Of a stretch of DNA of 32,000 nt, positions 9,724 to 19,019 are shown one piece after another. The stretch covers positions 330,001-362,000 of the forward strand of contig NZ_CP135009.1 of NCBI RefSeq assembly GCF_039383305.1. Reading direction: 5' to 3'. The first letter of the stretch is position 1, and each line of letters starts with the position of its first letter. The position numbers and the translations under genes are program-made. Under the pieces are notes generated by a model, which was given only the letters and a program-made list of their open reading frames with translations, ran no database searches and had not been told where the DNA came from. The DNA is from Candidatus Saccharimonadota bacterium (GTDB lineage Bacteria > Pseudomonadota > Gammaproteobacteria > Enterobacterales > Enterobacteriaceae).

Positions 9724-10953
9724 ATGAATCAAATTATAAATTACAAAAAACATACATTTTGTACTTTTTGTCAAAAAAAACCCAAAAAAAAATCACAAAT
9801 AATTACAACATCTAATGCAAATATTTGTAAAAAATGTATTCAAATTTATCAAAATTTTTTTTCAAAAAAAAAAAAAATAAAAAATATAAAATTTTTATTT
9901 CCAAATCCCATAAAAATCTATGAACATTTAAATAAATTTGTTATAGGGCAAAAATATACAAAAAAAGTTTTATCAGTAGCAATTTATAACCACTATTTAC
10001 GTTTAAATAATATTCAAAAAAATAAATTACCTTTAGAAAAAAGCAATATTTTATTAATTGGTCCAACAGGATGCGGAAAAACATTATTAGCTAAAATATT
10101 AGCTAAATTTATTAATGTTCCATTTATAATTGCAGACGCAACTACATTAACTGAAGCGGGATATGTCGGAGAAGATGTAGAAAATATTCTTCTAAATTTA
10201 TTACAAAAATGTAATTATGAAATAGAATTAGCGCAAAAAGGAATTATTTATATAGATGAAATCGATAAAATTGCTAAAAAAAATAAAAACATATCATTAA
10301 CACGAGACGTCTCAGGAGAAGGGGTACAACAAGCTTTATTAAAAATTATTGAAGGAACAATAGCTTCTATTCCACCGAAAGGAGGACGTAAACATCCAGA
10401 TCAAGAATATATTAAAATTGACACTACTAATATTTTATTTATATGTGGAGGATCTTTTAACGGATTAAAATCTATTATACAAAATAGATTACAAAAAAAT
10501 TCTTTAATTGGTTTTAATTCTAAAATTTACACTCATATAAAAAAAAAAAATCTTCAATCAAAAAATATTTTACCAAAAGATTTAATAAATTTTGGATTAA
10601 TTCCAGAATTTATAGGTAGATTACCTATTTCAGTAACATTAAAAAAATTAAATATAAAACAATTAACATCAATATTATATAAACCTAAAAATTCATTAAT
10701 TGAACAATATAAAACATTATTTAAACTTCATAATGTCAAATTAAAATTTAATAAAGAAGCATTAATTGAAATTGCAAAAAAATCAAAAAAAGCTAACACA
10801 GGAGCCAGAGGATTAAAAATAGTTTTAGAATCTTTGTTATTAGATACAATGTATTATTTACCTAATTACAAAAATTTACAGAAAATTTATATTAATAAAA
10901 AAGTTGTACTAGGATTAGAAAAACCAAAATTAATATTTTCATTAAATTTATAA
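9724..10953 (+). CDS. clpX: ATP-dependent Clp protease ATP-binding subunit ClpX
   Basis: 409 aa. N-terminal C4 zinc module CTFC...CKKC, Walker A GPTGCGKT, Walker [11 protein letters not shown], pore/IGF region and GARGLK sensor. An in-frame A14 tract lies at 9864-9877. Confidence 0.95.
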   Translation: MNQIINYKKHTFCTFCQKKPKKKSQIITTSNANICKKCIQIYQNFFSKKKKIKNIKFLFPNPIKIYEHLNKFVIGQKYTKKVLSVAIYNHYLRLNNIQKNKLPLEKSNILLIGPTGCGKTLLAKILAKFINVPFIIADATTLTEAGYVGEDVENILLNLLQKCNYEIELAQKGIIYIDEIDKIAKKNKNISLTRDVSGEGVQQALLKIIEGTIASIPPKGGRKHPDQEYIKIDTTNILFICGGSFNGLKSIIQNRLQKNSLIGFNSKIYTHIKKKNLQSKNILPKDLINFGLIPEFIGRLPISVTLKKLNIKQLTSILYKPKNSLIEQYKTLFKLHNVKLKFNKEALIEIAKKSKKANTGARGLKIVLESLLLDTMYYLPNYKNLQKIYINKKVVLGLEKPKLIFSLNL

Positions 10954-11090
10954 AAAATTTTCATACAAAAATCAAATAAAAAACATGATATATTTTGAGT
11001 ATAAAAATCTTATTTATACATATTTTTTATATGTAATATTATAGAAATCTGTAATTTTTGTCCATTTTAACTTCAAAAAGAGACATTTTT

Positions 11091-13421
11091 ATGAATTCTA
11101 GTCGCTCTAAAAATCTTAAAATGCCGGTTTTACCTTTAAGAGATGTAGTCGTATATCCAAATATGGTAATTCCTTTATTTATTGGGCGTAAAAAATCAAT
11201 TCATTGTATTGAATCGGCAGTCCATAATAATAAAAAAATTATGTTAATAGCACAAAAAGATGCTGTTATAGAAACACCAAATGAAAAAGATTTATTTACT
11301 ACTGGTACAATCGCTGACATTTTACAAACTTTAAAACTTCCAGATGGAACAATCAAAGTTCTTGTAGAAGGACTATATCGAGCAGAAATTTTACAATATG
11401 AAAAAAATAAATTTTTTTTTTATGCAAAATTAAAAAAAATTGTTTGCCCAATTCTACCTATACAAGAACAATCTATTTTAATTAAAACTACTATTACTCA
11501 ATTTAAAAAATATATTAAATTAAATAAAAAAATTTCACATGAAATTTTAAAAACTCTTGATAAAATTGATCAAGCCGAAAAATTGGGTGATGCTATAGCA
11601 ATTCATATGCCTTTAAAATTACATGAAAAACAAAAGTTTTTAGAAATTTTTAAAATTAATGAAAGATTAGAATTTTTAATGTCAATTATGCAATCTGAAA
11701 TAGAATTATTAAATATTGAAAAAAGAATTCAAAACCGCGTAAAACGACAAATGGAAAAAAGTCAACGTGAATATTATTTAAATGAACAAATTAAAGCTAT
11801 ACAAAAAGAACTAGGAGATTTAGAAAATATTCCAGATGAATACGAAATTTTAGAAAAAAAAATTAAAAATTCTAAAATGCCTTTAGAAGCAAAAAAAAAA
11901 ACTCAAATAGAATTACACAAATTAAAATCTATGCCCACAATGTCAGCTGAAGCTACAGTAGTCCGAAGTTATATTGAATGGATGATACAAGTTCCATGGA
12001 AAAAACGTAGTAAAATTAAAAAAAACATCAAAATAGCTCAAGAAATCTTAAATAAAGATCATTTTGGATTAGAGAAAGTTAAAGAAAGAATTTTAGAATG
12101 TTTAGCTGTTCAAAATCGTATTAATAAAATTAAAGGACCTATATTATGTTTAGTGGGACCGCCTGGTGTAGGAAAAACTTCTCTAGGAAAATCAATAGCA
12201 CGGGCTACTGGTAGAAAATACATCCGAATGGCATTAGGAGGTATGAGAGATGAAGCTGAAATTAGAGGGCATCGCAGAACATATATAGGATCTATGCCAG
12301 GAAAAATTATCCAAAAAATCGCTAAAATAGGTGTAAAAAATCCATTATTTTTATTAGATGAAATAGACAAAATGTCTTGCGATATGAGAGTAGATCCTTC
12401 TGCAGCTTTATTAGAAGTATTAGATCCAGAACAAAATATTTCTTTTAATGATCATTATTTAGAAGTCGATTACGACCTTTCTGAAGTCATGTTTATTGCT
12501 ACGTCAAATTCCCTTAATATTCCTGCGCCTTTATTAGATCGAATGGAAGTTATTCGATTATCTGGATATACAGAAGATGAAAAATTTCATATAGCAAAAA
12601 AACATTTATATATTAAACAAATAAAAGAAAATGCTTTAAAATTACATGAATTAACAATTCATGATAATGCTTTTCTAAATATTATTCGCTATTATACTAG
12701 AGAAGCCGGTGTACGAAATTTAGAAAGATCTATTTCTAAAATTTGTAGAAAATCTGTTAAATATTTATTATTAAACCCTCCAAAAAAAAATATTGAAATT
12801 AATAAAAAAAATTTAAAAAAATATCTAGGAATAAAAAAATATTCTTATGGAAAAAAAAATATAAAAAATCAAATAGGTCAAGTTATTGGTTTAGCGTGGA
12901 CAGAAGTTGGAGGAGATCTTTTAACTATAGAAAGTGTTTGTATTATCGGTAAAGGTAAATTAACTTATACTGGATCTTTAGGTAAAGTAATGCAAGAATC
13001 TATTCAAACAGCTTTAACAGTTGTACGATCCCAAGCTATGAAATTAGGTATCAAAAAAGATTTTTATGAAAAAAATGATATTCATGTACATGTCCCTGAA
13101 GGTGCAACCCCTAAAGATGGACCAAGTGCTGGAATAGCTATGTGTACTTCAATTATTTCTTGTTTAACTAACAATCCAGTAAGATCAGATATTGCAATGA
13201 CTGGAGAAATCACTTTATATGGTAATGTTTTAACTATTGGAGGTTTAAAAGAAAAATTAATTGCAGCTCACCGAGGTGGAATTAAAAATGTTTTAATTCC
13301 AAAGGAAAATATAAAAGATTTAGAAGAAATTCCAAAAAATATTATTAAAAACTTATCTATCTATCCTGTTAAAAATATTTCAGAAACTTTAATTATAGCA
13401 TTAGAAAAAAACCCATATTAA
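11091..13421 (+). CDS. lon: Lon protease (ATP-dependent protease La)
   Basis: From the ATG at 11091 the product starts MNSSRSKNLKMPVLPLRDVVVYP, colinear with E. coli MNPERSERIEIPVLPLRDVVVYP. I therefore prefer this start to the TTG at 11058 used in the ORF track. Walker A GPPGVGKTS, catalytic Ser in PKDGPSAGIA and Lys in GGLKEKLIAAHRGG are present. Confidence 0.95.
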   Translation: MNSSRSKNLKMPVLPLRDVVVYPNMVIPLFIGRKKSIHCIESAVHNNKKIMLIAQKDAVIETPNEKDLFTTGTIADILQTLKLPDGTIKVLVEGLYRAEILQYEKNKFFFYAKLKKIVCPILPIQEQSILIKTTITQFKKYIKLNKKISHEILKTLDKIDQAEKLGDAIAIHMPLKLHEKQKFLEIFKINERLEFLMSIMQSEIELLNIEKRIQNRVKRQMEKSQREYYLNEQIKAIQKELGDLENIPDEYEILEKKIKNSKMPLEAKKKTQIELHKLKSMPTMSAEATVVRSYIEWMIQVPWKKRSKIKKNIKIAQEILNKDHFGLEKVKERILECLAVQNRINKIKGPILCLVGPPGVGKTSLGKSIARATGRKYIRMALGGMRDEAEIRGHRRTYIGSMPGKIIQKIAKIGVKNPLFLLDEIDKMSCDMRVDPSAALLEVLDPEQNISFNDHYLEVDYDLSEVMFIATSNSLNIPAPLLDRMEVIRLSGYTEDEKFHIAKKHLYIKQIKENALKLHELTIHDNAFLNIIRYYTREAGVRNLERSISKICRKSVKYLLLNPPKKNIEINKKNLKKYLGIKKYSYGKKNIKNQIGQVIGLAWTEVGGDLLTIESVCIIGKGKLTYTGSLGKVMQESIQTALTVVRSQAMKLGIKKDFYEKNDIHVHVPEGATPKDGPSAGIAMCTSIISCLTNNPVRSDIAMTGEITLYGNVLTIGGLKEKLIAAHRGGIKNVLIPKENIKDLEEIPKNIIKNLSIYPVKNISETLIIALEKNPY

Positions 13422-13486
13422 TTTATATAATTAAAAATTTTACAAAAAAAATAAAATTATTGCTAAAATTAAATATAAAAAATATT

Positions 13487-13516
13487 GCTGGCAAATTTTT
13501 TTATTGCCAGCTTTTT
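13487..13516 (+). terminator. Intrinsic terminator downstream of lon
   Basis: gctggcaa (13487-13494) pairs perfectly with ttgccagc (13504-13511) and is followed by TTTTT (13512-16). It is a G+C-containing stem in otherwise almost pure AT spacer, 66 nt after the lon stop. Confidence 0.7.
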
Positions 13517-13775
13517 CAATATCTAAACTGATATAAAATTTAAAGAATTATTTTTTAAAAATATTCTATATATAAATTATTTTTAAAAATAAAATTTAAT
13601 TTTTTTCTAAATATTTTTTTTTAAAAAATATTTATTTTTTTTAAAATTATTTTTTTAAATACCCTAATATGTTAAAATTATTATATTTTTTTTAAAAATT
13701 TATATTTTTTAAAAAAATATTTTCTAAAAATATATTCTATTTTAAAATTTAATTTTTATTTCAAAAGGTTATTAT

Positions 13776-15503
13776 ATGCAATTATTTCAACAATTAAAAT
13801 GGTATTTTAAAAAAGAATGGAAAAGATATTTAGGAGCTTTATTATTGTTAATTCTTGTTACAATATTACAATTACTACCTTCTTCTATTATCGGAAAAAT
13901 TATTGATAATATTTATCATAAAAATATTAATACAAAATTTACATTATTATGGATGTTTACAGTAATTGGAATTTCAGGTTTAATTTATATTTTAAGATAT
14001 TTTTGGAGAATTTTATTATTTGGAGCATCTTATGCTTTAGCTACAGAATTACGAATAAAATTTTGTCAATCATTAATTAAAAAAAATGCAAAATTTTATA
14101 ATAAAACAAATAATGGAGATTTAATGGCTCGTGCAACAAATGATATTGATAAAGTAGTTTTTGCAGCAGGTGAAGGAGTATTAACTTTAATTGATTCTTT
14201 TGTATTAGGATTTTCAGTATTTAGTACAATGTGTATTCAAATTAATTATAAATTATCCTTTGCTTCTTTATTACCTTTACCAATTATGGCTATAATTGTA
14301 AAAATTTTTGGCAAAAAAATACATTTTTATTTTCAAAAATCTCAAAAATCTTTTTCTAAATTAACCAGTTATACTCAAGATTGTTTAAGTAATATACGTA
14401 TGATCCGAGGATTCGGATTAGAAAAAAAAGAATTAAAAAAATTTACTATATTATTATCTAAAAATAGTCTAAAAAATTTAAATGTGACAAAAATAGATGC
14501 TCAATTTGATCCTATTATTTATTTATCTATTGCTGCTTCAAATTTAATTGCAATTTTAGGGGGTAGTTTTCTTATTTCTCAAGGAAAAATGACTTTTGGG
14601 CAATTAACTAGTTTTCTTTTATATTTAGGGACTATGATTTGGCCTATGTTAGCTTTTGCATGGCTCTTTAATATTATTGAAAGAGGAAGTGTATCATGGG
14701 AAAGAATACAAAAAATTTTAATAAAAAAAAATTTAAAAAAAATAACATTAAAAAAAATAAAATTTAAAAAAAATCATATATTAAAAATATATATAAAAAA
14801 ATTTCATTATCCCAATTCTAAAAATTGTATATTAAAGAATATTAAAATTAACTTATTACCCGGAAAAATTTTAGGAATCTGTGGACCTACAGGCGCAGGA
14901 AAAACAACATTAATTAAAATAATCCAAGGAACGTATAAAAATCATAAACAAAAAATATTATATGGTATATATAATATACATAAAATATCCAAAAAAAATT
15001 GGAAAAAAAACATTTCTATAGTAGAGCAATCTCCATTTCTATTTTCTGATACGATTTTAAATAATATTTCTTTCGGAAATCCTAATGCGTCTATTTCCGA
15101 AATAAAAAATGTAGCAAAATTAGCTAAAATACATCATGAAATAAAAAATTTTTCAGAAGGTTATAATACTCAAATTGGTGAAAGTGGAATTACTTTATCA
15201 GGAGGACAAAAACAAAGAATTTGTATAGCTCGTGCTTTATTAATGAAACCTAACATTTTAATTTTAGATGATCCTTTATCAGCTGTCGATAATGAAACAG
15301 AACAAAAAATTTTAAAAAATATTTATCAACAAAAATTTAAAACACAAACTATTATTTTAATTTCACATAAATTATCTATTTTAAAAAAATCTGATAATAT
15401 CATAGTTCTTAAAAAGGGTAAAATAATACAAAAAGGTACTCATAAAGAATTATTAAATAAAAAAAATTGGTATCAAAAAATGTATCATTATCAAAAATTA
15501 TAA
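13776..15503 (+). CDS. mdlA: ABC exporter subunit MdlA (fused TMD-NBD half transporter)
   Basis: 575 aa with an N-terminal six-helix-type TMD and a C-terminal NBD. Walker A GPTGAGKTT, canonical signature LSGGQKQR, Walker B ILILDD followed by P (no catalytic Glu), H-loop ILISHKLS. AAGG lies 8 nt upstream of the ATG. Confidence 0.85.
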   Translation: MQLFQQLKWYFKKEWKRYLGALLLLILVTILQLLPSSIIGKIIDNIYHKNINTKFTLLWMFTVIGISGLIYILRYFWRILLFGASYALATELRIKFCQSLIKKNAKFYNKTNNGDLMARATNDIDKVVFAAGEGVLTLIDSFVLGFSVFSTMCIQINYKLSFASLLPLPIMAIIVKIFGKKIHFYFQKSQKSFSKLTSYTQDCLSNIRMIRGFGLEKKELKKFTILLSKNSLKNLNVTKIDAQFDPIIYLSIAASNLIAILGGSFLISQGKMTFGQLTSFLLYLGTMIWPMLAFAWLFNIIERGSVSWERIQKILIKKNLKKITLKKIKFKKNHILKIYIKKFHYPNSKNCILKNIKINLLPGKILGICGPTGAGKTTLIKIIQGTYKNHKQKILYGIYNIHKISKKNWKKNISIVEQSPFLFSDTILNNISFGNPNASISEIKNVAKLAKIHHEIKNFSEGYNTQIGESGITLSGGQKQRICIARALLMKPNILILDDPLSAVDNETEQKILKNIYQQKFKTQTIILISHKLSILKKSDNIIVLKKGKIIQKGTHKELLNKKNWYQKMYHYQKL

Positions 15504-15553
15504 TACCAATTTAAAAAATTATAAAATAAAATAAAAAAGGATAAAATGATCTC

Positions 15554-17305
15554 GTGAATAATACCTTAAAATCTTGGATAACAATTAAAAAATTATTATC
15601 TTATTATACACTTTATTTATATTCATTCATCTTATCATGTTTACTTATGTTATTTTCTACAATTACAGAAATTCTAGGTCCAATAATTATTAGTATTTTT
15701 CTAAAAAATATGTTAAAATATAAAATTTTTAATTATAAAATATCTATATATTTAATTTTTATTTTTTTAACATTACAAATAATTTCTTCCATTTTAAATT
15801 ATCTTCAAAAAATAATATTTAATAAAATTTCTATTAATATTATTCAAAAAATTAGAATTCAAGTAATGAAATCAATTTTAAACCAACCAATGAAAATATT
15901 TGACTATATTCCAATTGGAAAATTAGTTACAAATGTTATTAATGATATAGAATCTGTTAAAGATTTTTATGACATTATTGTATGTTCTATATTAAAAAAT
16001 TTTATATTATTTATTATGATTAGTATTGCTATGTTTTCTTTAGATTGGAAAATGGCATTAATTAGTTGTTTAATTATTCCTATTGTAATTAGTATAATGT
16101 TTTTTCATCAATATTATAGTAAACCTATTATACAAAAAATTAAAAATTCTATTACACAATTAAATATTACAATTAACGAATTATTAAATGGAATTTCTAT
16201 TATACAACAATTTCAACAAGAAAAAAAATTTATTAAAAGAATAAAAAAAATTAGCGAAAAAAATTATTTAGAAAAAATGAAAATTTTACGACTTGATGGA
16301 TTATTATTACGACCTTTATTAAGTTTTATTGCTTCTATTATTTTAGCAAGTATTATTATATTTTTTAAATTTTCTAATTATAATTTATGCAAAATAAGTT
16401 TACTATATACTTTTATGAATTATTTAGGTCGCTTAAATGAACCTTTAATTTCTATGGCTAATCAACAATCTTTATTACAACAATCTATTGTTTCTTCAGA
16501 AAGGATATTTAACTTAATAAATTCTCAAAAACAAAAATACGGAATAGATAATACAAATTGGGAAAATGGTGATATAAAATTTAATAAAATAAATTTTTCA
16601 TATAAAAAAAACTCAAAAAAAGTATTAAAAAATATTACTTTTACAATTAAAAAAAATAGTTGCATCGCATTAGTAGGAAAAACAGGTAGCGGAAAAAGTA
16701 CATTAGCAAAACTTTTAATGGGATATTATCCTGAACATACAGGTACAATAACAATAAATAAAAAAAATATTTATACATTTTCAAAAAAAAAAATACGAAA
16801 ACATATTTCTATGGTACAACAAGAACCAACTATTTTACATGATACTGTACAAAAAAACATTTCTTTAGATAGAAAAATTACCACTAAAAGAATTTTAAAA
16901 ATTATTAAAAAAGTACAATTACATAATTTTCTTAAAAAATTACCTAAAAATCTTGAAACCATCTTAGATCCACAAGGAAAAAACTTGTCACAAGGTCAAA
17001 AACAATTAATCGGAATTAGTCGAGTTTTAGTAAAAAAACCAAAAATTTTAATTTTTGATGAAGCTACAGCAAATATTGATGCTGAATCAGAACAAAACAT
17101 TCAAAATACATTAAATAAAATTAAAAAAAATACTACTACTATTATTATTGCTCATCGTTTATCTACTGTTATAAATTCAGACAAAATCATTGTCTTAGAG
17201 AAAGGAAAAATTGTTGAACAAGGAAAACATTTAGAATTATTACAAAAAAAAGGATTTTATTGGAAAATTTATAATTTTCAAATTAAAAAAAAAATATTTC
17301 TATAA
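15554..17305 (+). CDS. mdlB: ABC exporter subunit MdlB (fused TMD-NBD half transporter)
   Basis: 583 aa with a GTG start preceded by AAGGA. Walker A GKTGSGKST, non-canonical signature LSQGQKQL, canonical Walker B ILIFDEATANID, H-loop IIIAHRLS. It sits immediately after mdlA, as in E. coli. Confidence 0.85.
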   Translation: MNNTLKSWITIKKLLSYYTLYLYSFILSCLLMLFSTITEILGPIIISIFLKNMLKYKIFNYKISIYLIFIFLTLQIISSILNYLQKIIFNKISINIIQKIRIQVMKSILNQPMKIFDYIPIGKLVTNVINDIESVKDFYDIIVCSILKNFILFIMISIAMFSLDWKMALISCLIIPIVISIMFFHQYYSKPIIQKIKNSITQLNITINELLNGISIIQQFQQEKKFIKRIKKISEKNYLEKMKILRLDGLLLRPLLSFIASIILASIIIFFKFSNYNLCKISLLYTFMNYLGRLNEPLISMANQQSLLQQSIVSSERIFNLINSQKQKYGIDNTNWENGDIKFNKINFSYKKNSKKVLKNITFTIKKNSCIALVGKTGSGKSTLAKLLMGYYPEHTGTITINKKNIYTFSKKKIRKHISMVQQEPTILHDTVQKNISLDRKITTKRILKIIKKVQLHNFLKKLPKNLETILDPQGKNLSQGQKQLIGISRVLVKKPKILIFDEATANIDAESEQNIQNTLNKIKKNTTTIIIAHRLSTVINSDKIIVLEKGKIVEQGKHLELLQKKGFYWKIYNFQIKKKIFL

Positions 17306-17333
17306 GAAATCAAAAATAAAAAATAAAAAATTT

Positions 17334-17443
17334 AAAAATCCTGTTAGATTCTTAAACACCTATTTTATTTAATTTGGCTGCTTTTTTCCAAACCTGACCA
17401 GTTATTTAAAGTCAAATAGTATTTTAATACTAACAGGATTTTT
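17334..17443 (-). ncRNA. ffs: Signal recognition particle 4.5S RNA
   Basis: The minus strand reads ...AACUGGUCAGGUUUGGAAAAAAGCAGCCAAA..., matching the conserved domain IV of E. coli 4.5S RNA (ACCAGGUCAGGUCCGGAAGGAAGCAGCCAAGG). The termini form a perfect 14-bp helix (17334-17347 with 17430-17443). The length of ~110 nt compares with 114 nt in E. coli. The ends are approximate. Confidence 0.8.
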
Positions 17444-17569
17444 AAAAAATTTATATAATTTAAAAATCATAAAAATAAAAATCTTTTTTATTAAACACTA
17501 AATTATAATAAAAGTCTAGTAAAATATTTAAAAATAAAAAAATATTATTAAAATAAAATAGGAATTAAT

Positions 17570-18664
17570 ATGCAATACAATATTTTAACAAATAAATGGA
17601 GACCTCAAATTTTTGATGAAGTTATTGGACAAAAATATATTCTTAAAATCTTAAAAAATTCTATTGATACTGGAAAAATTCATCATGCATGGTTATTTAC
17701 AGGAATCCGAGGAATTGGAAAAACTACTTTAGCTAGAATTTTAGCAAAAAGTTTAAGTTGTATAAAAAAAATTACTTCAACACCTTGTAGAATATGTAAT
17801 CATTGTATTTCAATAGAACAAGGAAAATTTTTAGATTTTATAGAATTAGATGCTGCATCACGAACAAGGATAGAAGATATTAAAATTATTTTAGATTCTA
17901 TACATTACAAACCTATTAAAGGTAGATTTAAAATTTATTTAATAGATGAAATCCATATGTTATCTAAACATAGTTTTAATGCCCTCCTTAAAACTTTAGA
18001 AGAACCTCCGCAACATGTAAAATTTATTTTAGCTACTACAGAAATAGAGAAATTACCATATACAATACGTTCTCGTTGTTTACAATTGCATTTACAACCA
18101 ATTACAGAAAAAAATATTTATAATCTTATTAAAAAAATTTTGAAAAAAGAAAAAATTAATGTAGAATCCGAAGCTATAGAGTTATTATCTCAAAATTCTT
18201 CTGGAAGTATTAGAGATGCTATAAACATGACAGAATTAATTTTATCATCTTCACAAAAATCTAAAATTACTTATACTTATGTGACAAAATTATTAGGAAT
18301 TTGTGATTCAAAAAATATAATAAAAATTATTCAATATATTTTAAAAAAAGATTTAAAAAACATTTTTAAATTATTAGATTTAATAGAAAATTTAGGATTT
18401 TCATTAGAAAATTTATTAATAAAAATAATTCAATTTTTTCATTATATTTCTTTATTACAAACTACCTCTTTAAATATTTATAAAAAATTTAAAAAATCTT
18501 TTCAAAATATTGAAAAAATACATATTCTTTCAAAAAAAATATCTTTTAAAAAAATTCAAAAATATTATAAAATTTTGATTTTAGGAAGAAAAAATTTAAA
18601 ATATGCTCCTAATATACGAATTGGTATAGAAATAATTTTTTTACAAATATATTATGAAATATAA
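17570..18664 (+). CDS. dnaX: DNA polymerase III clamp-loader subunit DnaX, short form (domains I-III only)
   Basis: 364 aa. P-loop GIRGIGKTT, zinc module CIKKITSTPCRICNHCISIEQG (E. coli CETGITATPCGVCDNCREIEQG), DEIHMLS and the SRC motif TIRSRCLQ are present. It ends 61 nt before ybaB with no further open frame. Confidence 0.9.
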   Translation: MQYNILTNKWRPQIFDEVIGQKYILKILKNSIDTGKIHHAWLFTGIRGIGKTTLARILAKSLSCIKKITSTPCRICNHCISIEQGKFLDFIELDAASRTRIEDIKIILDSIHYKPIKGRFKIYLIDEIHMLSKHSFNALLKTLEEPPQHVKFILATTEIEKLPYTIRSRCLQLHLQPITEKNIYNLIKKILKKEKINVESEAIELLSQNSSGSIRDAINMTELILSSSQKSKITYTYVTKLLGICDSKNIIKIIQYILKKDLKNIFKLLDLIENLGFSLENLLIKIIQFFHYISLLQTTSLNIYKKFKKSFQNIEKIHILSKKISFKKIQKYYKILILGRKNLKYAPNIRIGIEIIFLQIYYEI

Positions 18665-18725
18665 TTAAAATTTTATAGATTTTTTAGATATAATAAATAA
18701 GTTCTCTAAAATAGGAAATAAAAAA

Positions 18726-19019
18726 ATGTTTACAAAAGATAATTTTGAAAAATTATTACATCAAGCTCAAAACATGCAAAAAAATATAGAAAACATACAT
18801 ACAGAATCAAAAAATATTCAAGTAAAAGGAGAATCAGGAGCAGGATTAATAAAAATTTATTTAAATGGTCTATACCAATGTCAAAAAATTAAAATTGATA
18901 AGACTTTATTCACTATTTCTAATAAAAAAATAACAGAAGATTTAATTATAGCAGCCTTTAATCATGCTGTTCAAAAAATTTTAGACACTCAAAAAAATAA
19001 AATTATAAAAACATGTTAA
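18726..19019 (+). CDS. ybaB: Nucleoid-associated protein YbaB/EbfC
   Basis: 97 aa. The pattern LLHQAQNMQKNIENI...VKGESGAGLIKIYLNG...EDLIIAAFNHAVQKI is typical of the YbaB family. It lies directly after dnaX, as in E. coli. AGGA is present upstream. Confidence 0.85.
   Translation: MFTKDNFEKLLHQAQNMQKNIENIHTESKNIQVKGESGAGLIKIYLNGLYQCQKIKIDKTLFTISNKKITEDLIIAAFNHAVQKILDTQKNKIIKTC

Noticed and set aside
10954-11040. 7-bp AT-only hairpin (tacatat, ttttt, atatgta) after clpX as a possible terminator.
   Set aside because: The stem has only a single G:C pair and is too weak. Equivalent palindromes are frequent in this composition.
11058-11090. TTG start extending lon by 11 codons (MSILTSKRDIF), as given in the ORF track.
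   Set aside because: The ATG at 11091 gives an N-terminus colinear with E. coli Lon and has AGAGA upstream. The extension has no homology.
12110-12370. 86-aa ORF antisense to lon.
   Set aside because: It lies opposite the most conserved, G+C-richer AAA+ segment of lon and has no start context. This is a typical shadow ORF.
16771-16962. 63-aa ORF antisense to mdlB.
   Set aside because: It is nested antisense in the NBD-coding region and has no supporting signals.
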